Part shown: piece by piece, positions 49,901-64,000 of the stretch | Numbering within the stretch: the stretch's first letter is position 1 | How the letters are laid out: the number at the start of each line of letters is the position of its first letter | NCBI GenBank assembly: GCA_964016885.1 | Contig: CAXHJY010001530.1 | Location: 1 to 64,000, forward strand | DNA length: 64,000 nucleotides | From: Eledone cirrhosa | Lineage: Eukaryota | Direction of reading: 5' to 3' | Notes under the pieces: model-generated | Database searches by the model: none | What the model was told of the DNA's origin: nothing | Seen by the model: only the letters and a program-made list of their open reading frames with translations | Made by a program: the position numbers and the translations under genes

Positions 49901-50357
49901 TGTTGTCCAACGTGACCATTTAGGTCGCCAGCAATAATTATATAGTCACTGTCTGTTATTTGGGAGGTAGTGAGCATCAGTGTCTCATAGAACCTGTCTT
50001 TTATAGCGCCAGGCAGTCCGGATTGGGGCGCGTACGCAGATATTACCGTCACAGTAGTTCTATTTAGAACAAGTCTTATTTTAATTATTCTGTCATTCAC
50101 TCTATTTACGTCTATTATCTTATCCACCCATTTTTCTGCTAACATGATTCCCACCCCACCCAGCCCATTGTCATTTCCCACCCAGAAAAGCTTATAGCAT
50201 CGTTTTTTACCCACAATGAATCTAGCAGACCCGCCCCTCCACCTGGTCTCTTGGATACAGCAAACATCAACCTCCTTACGTTCAAGCATTTCTACAACCT
50301 CGTTAGAGCGGCCTTTTAACGTGCCTACATTCATGGTACCAACTCTGAAGTTTTGGT
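46935..50357 (-). mobile_element. RTE-clade LINE, near full-length ORF (APE, RT, PHD-like finger), pseudogenised, 5' UTR missing
   Basis: ORFs 49897-50421 (VGTMNVGTL, CCIQETRW, AYAPQ, GDLNGHVG), 49069-49764 (SQVDYIL, SQHRL), 48479-49255, 48274-48531, 47661-48107 and 47328-47654; (GAT)n tail. Confidence 0.93.
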
Positions 50358-50454
50358 ACATAATATATATACATAATATATATATATATACATAATATAT
50401 ATATATACATAGTTTATACATAATATATATATATATTATGTATATATATATATA

Positions 50455-51666
50455 CTAGACCACCCGTGACCTGTTGGTCACATTCACTTAGAAAATTTTT
50501 TTTTTAAATCATGTTCATGTGTATGATTTCATCCAACAACACCAACAGCTCTCTCTCTCTTCTATTTCCGTTCTCTGTCTCCTTATCTCTCTCCCTATGT
50601 CTCTCTTTCAATCTATTCTCTCACAACCACTATCTCTTTTTCTCTATCTTTCTCTCTATCTATTTTGAAGGTACCCGGAAAAACCCTATATCTCGGGATC
50701 CTGATTTACGCAAAACTTGTTTTATTCCATTTGTACTCCCATTTCAGGGGCAACCTCCTTTCAAAGTATATTCCCATTATGTGCTGGTTTGGCTCTATTA
50801 AATTACAGACAAGCACATAAACACAAAGTTTTAGTAGCATATAGATAGTTATATTCAAAATAAACAAACAAACACCACCAACAACACTACACTACTACCA
50901 CTATCACCCACTACACCACCATTACTGCCACCTCCACCCACTACCCTCCACCACCCTCCACCACCACATATTTTAAAGTCCTGTCAAATAATTCAACAAA
51001 ATCACACCACCAAAAAAAGTAAGATCTCCCCCACAACCCAGGGGTTAAAAACGTGGGGGAGGGGATGGAGAACTTTGATGTTCTTTAGAGAAGATGAAAA
51101 CTTTTGTTGTTTCAAAGTAAAAAATATTGTAGTAGGATATAGAGAGGGAGAGAATTTGGTGTTCTAATATGAGTGGGAACTATGAGTGAGTGAGGTATGT
51201 AGTGGAATATAGAGAGTGGGAAAGAATTTGTTGATTTAGTGAGAGGGTATTTTGAGTGTGAGAGAGAGTATGGTATATAGAGAGGGGGAGAAATTGTTAG
51301 TCTAGTGAGAGAGAGGTATGTAGTGGCATAGAGTGAGGGGAGAGTTTGGTGGTTTAATGAGTGAGGGGAAATTAAGAGAGTGAGAGAGAGTGAGGTATGT
51401 AGTCAGATATAGAAAGGGCCAAATTGATTGAGAGAGGGAATTGGGAGAGTGAGATATGTAAAGCTATAGAGTGAGGGGGAGAGAGTTTGTTGGTTTACTT
51501 AGAGAGGGGAAATTGTAAGAGAGAGGGAGAGAATGTGGTGGTGTAGTGAGAGAGGGGTTCAATTGTGAGAGAGAGTGAGGTATGTAGTTGGATATAGAGA
51601 GCAGGAGAGAATTCGGTGACCTAGTAAGAGAGGGGGAATTGTGATAGAGTTTTAGTAGCATATAGA
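50455..51666 (-). mobile_element. Composite non-autonomous Helitron (one 3' end, two 5' ends, internal GA-rich minisatellite)
   Basis: 3' hairpin GTGACC-aaca-GGTCAC plus CTAG|T at 50455-50481; 5' motif A|TCTATATGCTACTAAAACT at both 50845 and 51666. Confidence 0.7.
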
Positions 51667-54600
51667 TATATATATATACACGCGCATACACACAATTGGC
51701 AATAGAATAAATGGACCACCATTCAAAAGGAACTCAATGCATGATGTATAGCAATAAAAGGAACTCAATGCATGATGTATAAATAATGTGAGATATGAAC
51801 ACTGCATCTGCGTATAGGTATCATATGTCTATATTTATAAATTGTGCAATATTTTAAGGATTGGGTAGAATGATTGGATGCAATATATGTGTATATGCAT
51901 GAACATATGTATGTGTGTGCACTATGTTATAAAGATAAGTAGTTATCTTGTGTATTCAACCAAAAGTATGTATTTAAAAAATGATAGTTAATTTCATTTT
52001 CATTCTTTGGAGTTCCCTATAATTCTTTTAACTTCAAGGTATAAGAGTTTAAATTGATATTTACCAGAATTATTTTATCGTTTATTTTACTGGTTCAGGT
52101 ATTGGATTGGAGTTAGGCTGGAGGATTGACTTCAAAGCTTTTAATCACTTATATTAATCCTTGTAATCTATCTAATATTTAATTTATCATTCCCATCGAA
52201 TGCAAAAACAACATTGGCATGAGGAGCTATTACTGTCAAACATGAATTTAAAGAATTCCTATTCAAGTTTATTGGTTTTAACCCTACATTAATTGATGAT
52301 ATCAACTTTCATTTCATCTTACAATTTTTCTTTTACTTTCACCTCCTCTCCTCTAATCGATGTATTCCTCCTCCTCATCAAAATACTTGGTAAATACATT
52401 TGTGAGCTCAGTGTGCTGCTGTACTCAGGCTTTGAATGTGGGAGTTAGTGTTTCATTAGGTGGTGAAATAACTCTAAATGCATTTCAGCCCCTTTTATCA
52501 TGACACCAGAATTACTCAGGGTCACCTATGTACATGATGAAACACATACACAATAGCACAATGTTTCATAAGTTAAATGTTGTGACTTTGGGCCAGATAT
52601 CACTGTTCACCTCAGCATATCAGAAAAGCATGAAAATCGATGGATCTGATGTTGTGACTCTCAGTAAAATATCTCCATCTACTTCAATATGTCCAACACA
52701 CTACTTCTCTCTCTTGAGCCAAATCTATAGACATGCCTTTTTCAAAACTTGCTTCCTTTCTTTTGTTGCCAGTCCAAAGCACCAGAGTAACAAGTCAACT
52801 CTGGTTCCAACAAATCCTCTGACACTTTTCTTTATGGGGATACATCCACTGGTTCACCTAGCTCACAGTATCTTCTGGCTCTCCTGGTATGCTCCAATTT
52901 CTTTACCGCCTTTTTTCCCTTTTACCACAAGACAAGGTTAATGGATCTCTTGGTAGTAGGGGTGGGGGGTAAGTGGTATTTGCCAAACAGTTCAACTGAG
53001 AACTCCCAAATCACATCCCATACCGTTTGAGGGGCTCAATTTTCTTTTTTTACACTGGATGGCTTGCTTTCTCCTTCCTTAGAAAATTTCATTCTACAAC
53101 TCTCCACCCCATGCAGTCTCTCACCATTGTTTAACCTCTTCTTCCTCTCTCTCACTGTATCAACCAGAACCTTTAAGCACCTGCTTATGCTGCCATGCAT
53201 ACCTATTCTTCAAGCTTACAGGGCAACAGGACAATATGTGCCTTATCGTTCGAGTATTCCCACATTTGCTAAGGTTACTCTCTTCTACTTTTCACTGTTA
53301 AGGTTTGTGGAACTAGGAAGCATATCATACATGGCTTCATTAATTGTTTTATATATTTGAACATTTTTCTTTCTTTTTTGTATGCAACAGGCATATTGCT
53401 AACACATTAGTGCTTTACACTTCTATTTTCATACTATATATAAACTGATCAAAATATATCTTGATATTCAAATGAATCAAATGAATGCTTTTAAAATATT
53501 TTCCTTGGCGTTCATTTCTCACAATCACAGATTGGAAACAGAAACTTTGAGAAACAATTTTTGGTTTTTCAACATCTAATACAAGAAATATTACATATAA
53601 ATCTATTTTAGTATCATGTAGTCTCTTTCTGTCTTGCTGATTATACCTGTGCTTAAAAATTCTCATACATCCACATGTATATACACACACACATACATAC
53701 ATATATACATATATATGATGAGATTCTATACATCCCCATATATATACACACACACATACATACATATATACATATATATGATATATATGATGAGATTCTA
53801 TATTGTTTTTGCCTACTTAATTTCACTTACAAACCAATGGTGAACATGTGACACAGTGAAATTGAATTTGAAATTAGTTGAATGTAAAACAAACCTTTTA
53901 ACCACACAGTGAAGCCTTTGCTCATTTTATGGAAGTCATTCCTTCCACCCACCACCCAAACATAAATTGTGTGAATTTATGAATGTTCAGAAATGTAAAA
54001 TTCTGAAACATTGTAGGTGTTACTATCTCATTTATAAAAGCCATTTTCAGATATCTTCAGAAAACTTATTCATGATATTTCCAACTGAATATTTATACTC
54101 CATCTTTGTTTTTTGTAATGATGTCTGTCTTATACTTATATACATTCATACACATACATGTACCTGTGTATGTATGTGTGTGTGTGTGTTACAGATATAA
54201 AACTGTAATTCCAGTTGTGAACTTATTTTATTATTTAACTTTGTTATTGTATTTAAAATGATTGGAAATGCAAAGTGGAAATAATTCTCACCTTCGAGCC
54301 AATTCCATCACAGTATTTGAATTACAAATATATGCTATTGTTCTTCAATGAGAGTAAAAATGGTTATTATACTTAAAATGTTTTGTACTTTCCCAAGAAA
54401 TTCTTCACACTTTATATTTTTGATGGACTAAGTTTAGTCAACAATTCCTATAAAATAGTTCCAATGTATAAAATATTTTCTTCCTGTATCTGATGTTATT
54501 CATGCATAAACTTAGTAAATAGTTTGTGAATTCATACATTAAATACATTCTGCCACCAACAGATCAATTCTTAGTTTTCCTCTTCACTGCCACGTCTGTT

Positions 54601-54818
54601 AATTCAAGTATGTGACTAAAATAATTGATTGAAGGTGACAGCTTTAGAGATGTAGCTGTTTCCATTAAACAGACTGGAGAAAATGAAACTTTCTATGACA
54701 ATATATTTTACATTAAAATACTGAAAAAACAATCTATACACACTCACACATATACAAATACATACACAGACACATAGACACTCAGTTTTATGTAAATGCA
54801 TACACAGACATGCAAACT

Positions 54819-54927
<109 letters not shown>

Positions 54928-55699
54928 AGAGAGGAAGAAAGAGAATAATTGCAATATGAGCTAAGACAAAAATATCTGGATGAATTATTGAATAGCAATG
55001 GTGTTGATATAAATGTTTGCATGTTTTCTTTCAATTATCAGAAAGACAAAAGTTACCTAACTTCCTCAAACATTGGTGATGATCTGAATTGACAAAATCC
55101 TAGACTTCTTTCACTTAGAGAGTGAGGTGGAACTTGTCAGATCAGACCAATCAAACAATATTTCCATTGGTCTTTCCAATTGCTGATACTATCTAACAGT
55201 TGCAACTCCGGGCAGATGGAGCAATATGAAATAAAACATGTTGCTTAAGGGCACAACTCATTGTCCAGGCTGGGAATCCAACTCTCTAACTCACGATTGT
55301 GAATCCAACTCTCTAATCACTAAGTCTTCGCTCAATCATTGGTAAGTTTACTAAATAAAAAATAAAGTAAAGCCAAATGCAAAAACTGTAGCTTCTGTAC
55401 TGCAAAAAGATGTTATTGCCATCGTCATTATCATCATAGGACATCTCTTTTCTTGGTTGACAAAGGTTGAATAGGAAATCCCAAACCACATTAGTACTTA
55501 ATAAGAACCACTGGTGACCTAGATGGGCTTGGAGCAGCATTTAACTTACATACTTTCCTACATTTTATAGAATGCATTATACATGTTATCATGACACTAG
55601 AACTAGGAAGATCATCATGTCTTTGACACAAATGAAGAGATATCTCTACGCTGTGTTTGGTAAATCCAATGCCCTTCTTATTACCAATTTCACATAGTT

Positions 55700-55962
55700 T
55701 AAAGTATAGAGGCTCGTAAGGCCTGTGCTTATTTCGGTTTTGTGGATGAAGCAACTGAGAGTACAAGACTCCCTCTGGACAGGACACCAGTCACAGAATT
55801 AATCTCCCAGTTATTGCTGGTACCCATTTTCAGCTGAGTATGCTGGAGCAATGTGAAATGAAGTGTTGTGCTCAGGAACACTAAACACACCCCAGTCCAA
55901 GAATTGAACCCAGAACATTATGATCGTAAGTACAACACCCTTACTACAAGGCCATGCACCTC
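55700..55962 (-). mobile_element. tRNA-derived SINE (related head and core, different tail); a weaker copy at about 55210-55330
   Basis: Minus strand TGGCCTTGTAGTAAGGG..GGTTCAATTC..CACTTCATTTCACATTGCTCCAG..CTCAGCTGAAAATGGGTACC. Confidence 0.7.
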
Positions 55963-56379
55963 TGTAATTTTACATAGTGGACTGGGTATATTTTTTGTGC
56001 CACCAACACAATTGTTAGTGACATGAATAAGTACACCCAAGTTGTTGTGCCCTTGACACAACTGAAGAGTCCTTTCAACACCTTTTTGACATCGTTTCTA
56101 CATCTGATTGTCCTTACTATCACTAACCACATTACTGATTACATTTTACAGATCTGTCACTCTAAGAGAGAAGCCCCTGATTATCAACAGAATTGCTCCC
56201 TAAACCTCCTCCAGAATTAGCTCCCTAAACCTTCTCCAATTCATTCTCACTCTGGCCACTACACATTCAAGACACTCCTCCTATTTCCAAATAATCAACA
56301 AGGCAAGAAAGATCCATCAAGAACGTTTAGGGAGCCCCCACCCCTGGGAATTAAGGGAATCTATTTCAATTGTATGCCT

Positions 56380-57635
56380 GGTGCATACTTCTCCTGCAGA
56401 TCAAACAAGTAACTTCATTTTGAGGGGAAAACATTTTGAAGTTAGCAGCAGTAGTAGCTCCCTGAACTTTATCTATCCCATTAACACTCTGGCTACTGTA
56501 CTTTTGGAACACCCACTTTCACTGCTAATTTTGTCACACAGGTAACTGAAACTATCTACTACTTCTACCAATCCCTATGAACATTTAAACCAGCTAGTAT
56601 CCTGTGGGCTCATACTAAATACTGCAGCTGTGCAACAACCACATATAACACCTGTATTATTTGCTAACCTGCCTGAAATCCCACTACATTTCTTGTGTAC
56701 CCATTGTTTACATTTGGGGCATAGGATGGAATTTTCACCTACTCCTTTCTTGCACACTGAGCACGGTCATTTCCCTGGGGAAATCTGGGCCCTGATTACT
56801 TTTCTATATACTAGGACTTTGGTCTTTGCCAAGTTGACTTTAGGACCTTTAGATTCTAGTCTTTGCTTCCAGAATTGGAATTTCTTCTGTAGTTATGCCA
56901 TGGACTCAGCTATAAATGTTAGAACATTTGCATACATATTTTCTCATGGACAGCCAGACTTAGACTCTTCTGTTTTAACCTGCTGGACAATAATAAACAG
57001 GAGAGGGTTAAAAATGAAGCCCTAATGCACACCTACCTGCACACTAAATACTTAATTATAGCCGTTATTAATTCTAATCTTGCTGACTGTTCCTCTATAT
57101 ATGGCTTGTACTGCCTTCACAAGCCACTCATCTACTCCTAGTTTTCTAAGAGCCCACCAGATAATGAAGAGGGGAACTGTATCAAAAGCTTTCTCCAGGT
57201 CCACAAATACCAAGTAAAGGGGTTTATTTTTAGCTAGGTATTTCTGCAGTTGCCTCACATTGAAGAAGGAATCAGTGGCACTTTTACATGGCACAAATCT
57301 GAACTGCTCTCATCTTGGGTCACTTCATCTCTGATCAGCTGTGCTATTATTCTGTCAAACCTTCATGATCTGGTGAATCATCTTGATTCCTCTTTAGTTT
57401 GCTTTGTCAAAACCATCTCATTTGCCCTTGTAGCAGTTGATGATGATCATGCTATGCCAGCCATTGGGTATGCCACCATTTTATATTACTTGATTTACAA
57501 TACAGCCGTGTTGTGATCCACATTCTCAAAGGATTTCAGCATTTCATCAAATGTCCAGCTGCTTTGCCTGTCTTCATATCCTTGATTGCTTTACTATACT
57601 ACTGCTGATTCATACAGCTGGTCGCTCTAATGCAT
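56380..57635 (-). mobile_element. Older RTE LINE RT fragment with PHD-like finger
   Basis: ORFs 57052-57294 (FVDLEKAFD.VP..IWWALRKLGV) and 56575-56757 (CKKGVGENSILCPKCKQWVHKKCSG). Confidence 0.85.
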
Positions 57636-57659
57636 CTCCTTTAAACTGATAGTAGTTTA

Positions 57660-57845
57660 CAATAATTGTTTCTACTTTTGGCACCAGGCCAGCAATTACA
57701 CAGTACATTACTGGTACTTTATTTTATTGACCCCGTAAGGATGAAAAGCAAAGTTAACCTCGGCGGGATTTGAACTCAGAATGGCAAGGACCGTAACTCT
57801 ATGCATCAAAGCATGGCATCCGACCCTCTACCGATACTGTCAATT
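57660..57845 (-). mobile_element. tRNA-derived SINE (family of 35405-35582)
   Basis: Reverse complement contains GGTAGAGGGTCGGATGCCATGC, GAGTTCAAATCC and CATCCTTACGGGGTCAATAAAATAAAGTACCAGT. Confidence 0.8.
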
Positions 57846-60800
57846 GCTAAGCCAGTCTTTGTTTACTATACTAAGTTGTTTACTGTACTATTGATTAGAA
57901 TGTGTCCTGCTCTATCAGCGACAATGAGTTCAAGTAAAGTTTACATTTAGTGAAAACAAAAAATCTCTTAATAGTGTAGTAGAAAATGAAATGTTCATTT
58001 AAATAACAATTTCATCAAATGTTATTTATCAAATTCTGTAAAGAAATATAAAGCTCTTTAGAATTTGATTTGAATGAAGTTGTCAAACAACTTCAGTTCA
58101 ATGTAATGAAACATATCCTCAGCAGATATCTATTAATAAATATATATATATGATTACATAAACTTATTTGTGATAAATGCTGAATAACATAATATTATAG
58201 TAAAGAGAAACATCTGACATCATCTTTTAGAAGAATGTTTGAAAACCTTTTACATAAAAAGTAAAAGCATTAAAAATTGTGTATGAACTGAAAATATGAA
58301 TACATTTATGAATAAAAGTGTTTTTAATGTAAAAATGAATGACAGAAAACTAAGAATATATTTAATGCCTCCAATTTGAATAATTTTAAATTAAACAAGT
58401 GTTTATCTGTTTACATGGGTTTTGGGAGTTTGCTATATTTTCAAAGATGAGGCAAGTTATACAAATGATATTGTTATTATTACACTATTTAGTTAAGATT
58501 TTCAATACAAGTCTGTTTTAGATGTTGTGATAAACCGTTAAACATTTCTATGTGGGAATTTTTAGAAATTGAGATTTTCTAGTTGATCACCATGTAAAGT
58601 ATTTGTGAAGTAGCAGGAATATATATATATTTTTTTTTTGGTAGGATTAGTCAAATAATATGTTATGAAACGTTCAATATGATAACTTTTGCCGATATTT
58701 GAACACACTATTGTGTAGTCAGAAGGTATTTCAATGCTTAAACTGCCCTGATTTAAGATTATATGATTATGATTATATATTAACCTAGGGTGAAGCAAAC
58801 TACTGAATAAAAGTCTGTAATATAATGCTAAATAGAACAATCCTATTCATTGAAATTACAACCAATAAATTGCTAAATTGCACATTTACTGCTGTAGAAT
58901 ACTGACAGATTAAATTTAGCCTTACGATGTTTGCCAAAGTATTAGCTACACATTTAATGTGTCAGAATATTTAGTCTCTGCCAATAAATGTACAATTTAA
59001 CATGTTTATTAAGCAATATGCGTGCCAATATTTTGCAAGTAAAGTTAAAGCTACATTTCCATTGATGATGAAAAGTTAAGAGTCATCCAGAGCTGACTTC
59101 CACCATTAATTCCTGACATTCTTTTTTTGTTCATTACATACAGCCTATTTATATTACAGACCCATACCAAAATAACAATTTCTTCAGCATGCAACTATCA
59201 ATGGTTTTGATGACCAATTGCTTCTTTAATTTACATTTGTTTTTGATTTCTTTTAATTTAACATTACACGTCTAAAGTATGATATGGCACTTTCTTCTGT
59301 ATCTTTCATAAATTGCTGAACATGCTGCTCATACTTCACTAATAACCAATATTATATTTTATCACACACCACATATAATTTGCAGTGAGATAAATCTTTT
59401 ACTTCTGTTAATGTTAGCTTTCCAAGTTTCTCCTACCCTACTCTAACTCTGATTGATATCTTTTCACAGACATTTCTAGTATATCAACTAGCTGGGTGAT
59501 TCTGCTAGTTATTCCCAGTGAACAATATTTGAGCAGTTTTTAGTCTCAAATTGTTTTCTCAATTCAATATCAAGGTAACAAAAATCAAAATCCTGGATTG
59601 CAATTTGTAAATAAAAAAAAAATGAAATTAAAATAGCTGAAATGAAATTTATTGGTCAAATAATTTTATCTCAAAAATGAAATTGTCCTCATATGCTAAT
59701 GAGAGAGCATATATTGAGTAGGTAAAACTGCCTCAGACTACACTCTACTGATTATAAAATATAGTTGTAAATACATAAAGTCTGATAAAAAGACAAAATA
59801 TATAAGGTTTGAACATTCTTTTAAAAATCATAGATCTGGTTTGGTTAGAGCTGACCATATCAAAATAACTATAAATGACTATTCTTCCTGAAACTAATAA
59901 GTAAACACTATGCCATTGTTGAAATGTCTAGTATGAGCAATTAAATCTCCTTCAAAACAGTTACTACAATAGGAAAATAGAAATGGGTGTAATGTAAATG
60001 TACATTCTGTAACAGTGTGCTGAAAGAAACAGAACAAATGGCTATAGCTCAAATCATCACGAATTTATATAATACTCAGCAAGACAAACTCGTGGAATAT
60101 CTAGCATGCTGAATCTTTAGGTTGCATCTAAACATTCTTTGATTAGCTGCCTACATGATAAAATCTGCTTGAACAGTGCTGGCTAGGCACTGCAGCATAA
60201 CAACTAATATTTGTAATTATAATGAAACTAAAGAAAATGTATTTTAATGGAAGTAATGAATAATGATGTAATATTAAAATAAATAATTTGTCATGATAAA
60301 TTATATAATTATTAACTTTTAAATAAAATTAACTGTAATTCTGTTAGTAGTTAAATAATTCCTAGAATTTCTTGATCGAGATAAATGTATTTAAATATTC
60401 ACCAAGTTAATATCATTTGTATGAATTAATTTATGAAAAAATATTATATATATATATATACATATTAATGTTAGTATATTTATTCATTTATAACTATCTG
60501 TCCATTCAGTTACATAAATATAGAAACGTCAACAACATTGAACAAATTACACACATATTAAACGGAAATTGCTTTGTATGAATAAGACATTGATTCCTTT
60601 AACATTTTCGTGACAGTATTTATAATGAAATATACTCCCTTTCAATTAATTAATGCAGCACTTTGAGGTGTTTGCTCAAATTATTAATCATTTTGTCTCT
60701 AATATAGTAATGTAACATATGGATCTTGTATAATATCATGTTGGAAGATATAAATTTATATAAGAATCGTTTAAAATCGGGGGGGGGGGGGGCGTTCTTT

Positions 60801-63800
60801 CAGAGAATCAGGGCCAGTTTTGACCAAATTTTAGCTGGGTTGGTATCAAAAGAGTTAAGAGTGAATACAAATTTTTAAGCTTAAATCTGACTGTTACACA
60901 AAATTAATTTTGATAATAACACTGTTTAGTAATTTTAAAGTTAAAGTTGCAATTTCCTACATTTGTTTTAAAAACATTTTAAAGCATTAACAAATCTTTC
61001 AATTGTGTTATACACTTTCATCTATATATTTTTGTAGAGCTTCTTTGATTATTGATTCTAAAAACAAATTAATATAGAGATAAGCCTGAGGCAAGAAACC
61101 TTAATATAGTAACAGAGCTGAAGCAATTTGTCTCAAAAATGGTAAGTATATAATATTGGATGTACTCTGATGGCGTTTTTAATATAAAATAGAAATTAAT
61201 CTTTAAAGTGTGTATATAAAACTCTTATCAGCATTTTGAACATTAAATCAAATGGATGATGAATTTTGTCCTTATTTTTCACAGTTAACTATTAATTTAC
61301 TTTAATATATTATGTTGAACGAGCAGCAAATGCATTAGTATCATTTAAGTAGCATTTAGAACTCTTCAATGAGAGACATAACAATAATTTTCAATCATAT
61401 AAAACCATTATTCTATATTATCTTAAAATTAATGAACTGTATGTTGACTTACAGTCAAGTGTTATGGCCAGGTCAAGATCAATATGCTATTGCTATCATG
61501 TAACATGCAATCTGTCTTATTGTGTGATAGTGAGTAACTAAACCCAGCTGCCCCATCCAGTATACTGTGGGAGGCAGGTCTATCGGCAACATAGTATTAT
61601 TGAAAGCCTGACATAATATTATATAAAGCTTGACAAAGTGCAGAAGAGCTTTCTATAGAGATCCCAACTGTCAATGATATCAAGAGAAGAGAGAGATACC
61701 ACCAGGTTATTTTCCTATTGTTAGCTACATTGTTATGTGCCTACATTCTCTTTAAGCCACATATTTTGTATTGAATATTTGTTCCTGTCTTTTCCTGTTT
61801 GATTAATATCATCATTTATCTCATGCATGTGTTAAACCATTTATAATAAATGTACACGTTACAGAATTGTATCAGAAAAAAGTCTCAATTTATAGATAAT
61901 TTTTGGTAGAGAGCTGGGGGTTTAAGTTTTAATGCTATCACACCAAATATACAACAAATGCTTCATTTTTATATAGCCATTGTAATACTTTCTTACTGAG
62001 AAATGACAGACACCAACAATTGTTTCCTTGATTAGAGAGTCCAACGTTTTATTATATTGGCTAGCTAACTGTAAATGGTGTAGAGCAATGTATTACATGT
62101 TTATATCTTTACTGGTATTGCCAGCCAACCTATACTTTCCTGGCTTATTGTTCTGTTTTTAAAGTTTGTTGTGTATATGACCTACTGAGATGCGTAAACC
62201 AACTCAAAATGAACATGATTTGACCTTTATCTTAACTTTTCTTGAATGATTATAGGTTTTCCTTCTAATTCCATTTGTTGAAACATTTTTGGCTAGTTAC
62301 CAGACTTCAAATGTTAAAAACGTTCAGAATGTATTGGACAAAATGTGAATTTATAGTGGGTAGCCTTCATTAAGATTTGGTGGCACAATCCAAAAGATGC
62401 AGAGACAGTAATCATGTTGTTGCTCCTTATGGTGCTTGGATATTTAACCCACTTGTAATCATATATTTAATTAAATACAAGCTGTTTCAATTAATTAATT
62501 AGTTAATGAAGGATTTCAATGATTTTACTATAATATTAATTATTTCATTACTAAGTTTGTAACTTACAATATATTTTTATATGTATATAACAAGAACCCT
62601 TTAAAATGGGTGGTTTTATTTCATAGAACCAGAGCTGCTTTTGACTGGGTTTGAATCAAAAGGGTTAAAGCATTATTCAAACACTGATATTTTTAAGTTG
62701 AGCTTTTTAGTAAACATGCTTTACATTTCATAACGTTTTTGTATGCTCCTTTCTCAATCAGTGTATTTCCTTCTTTCTTGGGCTGTGAAGAGTTTCTAAC
62801 ACCTGAGGAATAATACTACTAGTTTCTCCTCATTTGGGGTTCCTCAAATCCTGTGAATAGAAAAAGAAAAGTGAAATAAACATTATAGTAATGTTGACTC
62901 TATGTAAATTAACTGTGATTACTTCAGTTTTATAAGTATTAGTTTAGAAACCTAAAACCATGTCATAGAAGATTAATCAATGCTGTAGTTACTTTAGTGT
63001 ATATTAATTTTGTATTGCTTGATTAAACTAATTAGTTTATTATCATTAAGAGGGAATTAGTATAGTTCTAATATTTGAATTTATTGCTGTTTCTTGCTCA
63101 AAGTCAATCTTGAATTAGTTAAAAAGGAATTTCAACCATCAATATCTCAGCTTATTTCACACTACATTATCCAATATATCATGATTTGAGGAAAATATGG
63201 CAGTTTTTCTAGTGGGTCAAACTACCACGTAATCTCATAGTTGTTTATGCCTTTAGGCATACATTGTGGATGTTAACAGATATTGCAAATATAGCTTCAA
63301 TTTCAACAGTGAAGATTTCGAGATTTAAATATTGTATTATTATGGTTTCTATGTTTGTAACTAGATATATAGCAGCATTTTATAATCTGTAGAAAGCAAT
63401 TACAAAACCTGTCTATGAAATAGCAGACATTTGCTATTAATAATATTGTTATACTAAAAATATGTCTATATTTTGTGTTCATCCTTTTTATTACATTTGT
63501 TTTTTTCATATTTTAGTTTGAGCCCTTTACAGTCTGTTTGAAACAATAACTCCCAAATCTACCATCATCATCTTTAAACTTTCAAAATCTCATCTCATAT
63601 GAAGTGTTGGTGCATATATTCACTTCTTTTATAGTAGGCAAATATGATTTGTGTAGAATTTATCACCAAAATTTGGGTAAAAATGTTTCAAGCTATATAT
63701 CATTTATACTAATGTCATTGTTTTTTTTTTAATTATCCTAAATATTTGCCATTATCTTTATCAAAAAAGGAAATCAACAAATGTTAGAGTTATATTAAAT

Positions 63801-64000
63801 AAATCAAATTATAACCATCATACATATTGATAATGGTTTTACAAATTATGAGTTTAATATAGCAAAGTCCATTTCTCCAAGTTTCATATATCAAGTAAAC
63901 CAAATCCTGTCCTCATTTTATTGTTCTCCCATTACTGTTAGAAATTATCTGTACTCTACAGATTTTAACTATTTCTCTTGTTTATATACTTTTACTGGGT

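Noticed and set aside
62722-62851. Minus-strand coding exon after a strong acceptor (TTTTCTTTTTCTATTCACAG)
   Set aside because: All three frames hit a stop within about 11 codons; it could only be a terminal or non-coding exon, which needs RNA data.

Overview
AT-rich eukaryotic DNA with long (TA)n tracts, most likely octopus or another coleoid cephalopod (inferred from SINE motifs and (TA)n/(GAT)n-rich RTE LINEs). I found no convincing intact host gene; the window reads as intronic or intergenic and most short ORF-track entries are microsatellite or antisense artefacts. Transposons identified: several decayed RTE-clade LINEs with a PHD-like finger inside ORF2 (one nearly full length at 46.9-50.4 kb), a two-ORF L1/Tx1-type LINE (37.7-43.0 kb), a CRE-clade endonuclease fragment, Neptune-like and Naiad-like Penelope-like elements (PLEs), tRNA-derived SINEs, non-autonomous Helitrons, and hAT, piggyBac and TcMar-like MITEs. 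The main signal missed by the ORF track is at least seven type I hammerhead ribozyme (HHR) motifs, folded by eye, from several unrelated sequence families. They lie in PLE terminal repeats and in short non-coding elements with inverted or partial-tandem structure (retrozyme-like) inserted in (TA)n. Three carry the compensatory U3-A8 core (UUGANAA), three a U.U at the base of stem II, and three a much extended stem II. Element boundaries are approximate and no folding software or database search was run.
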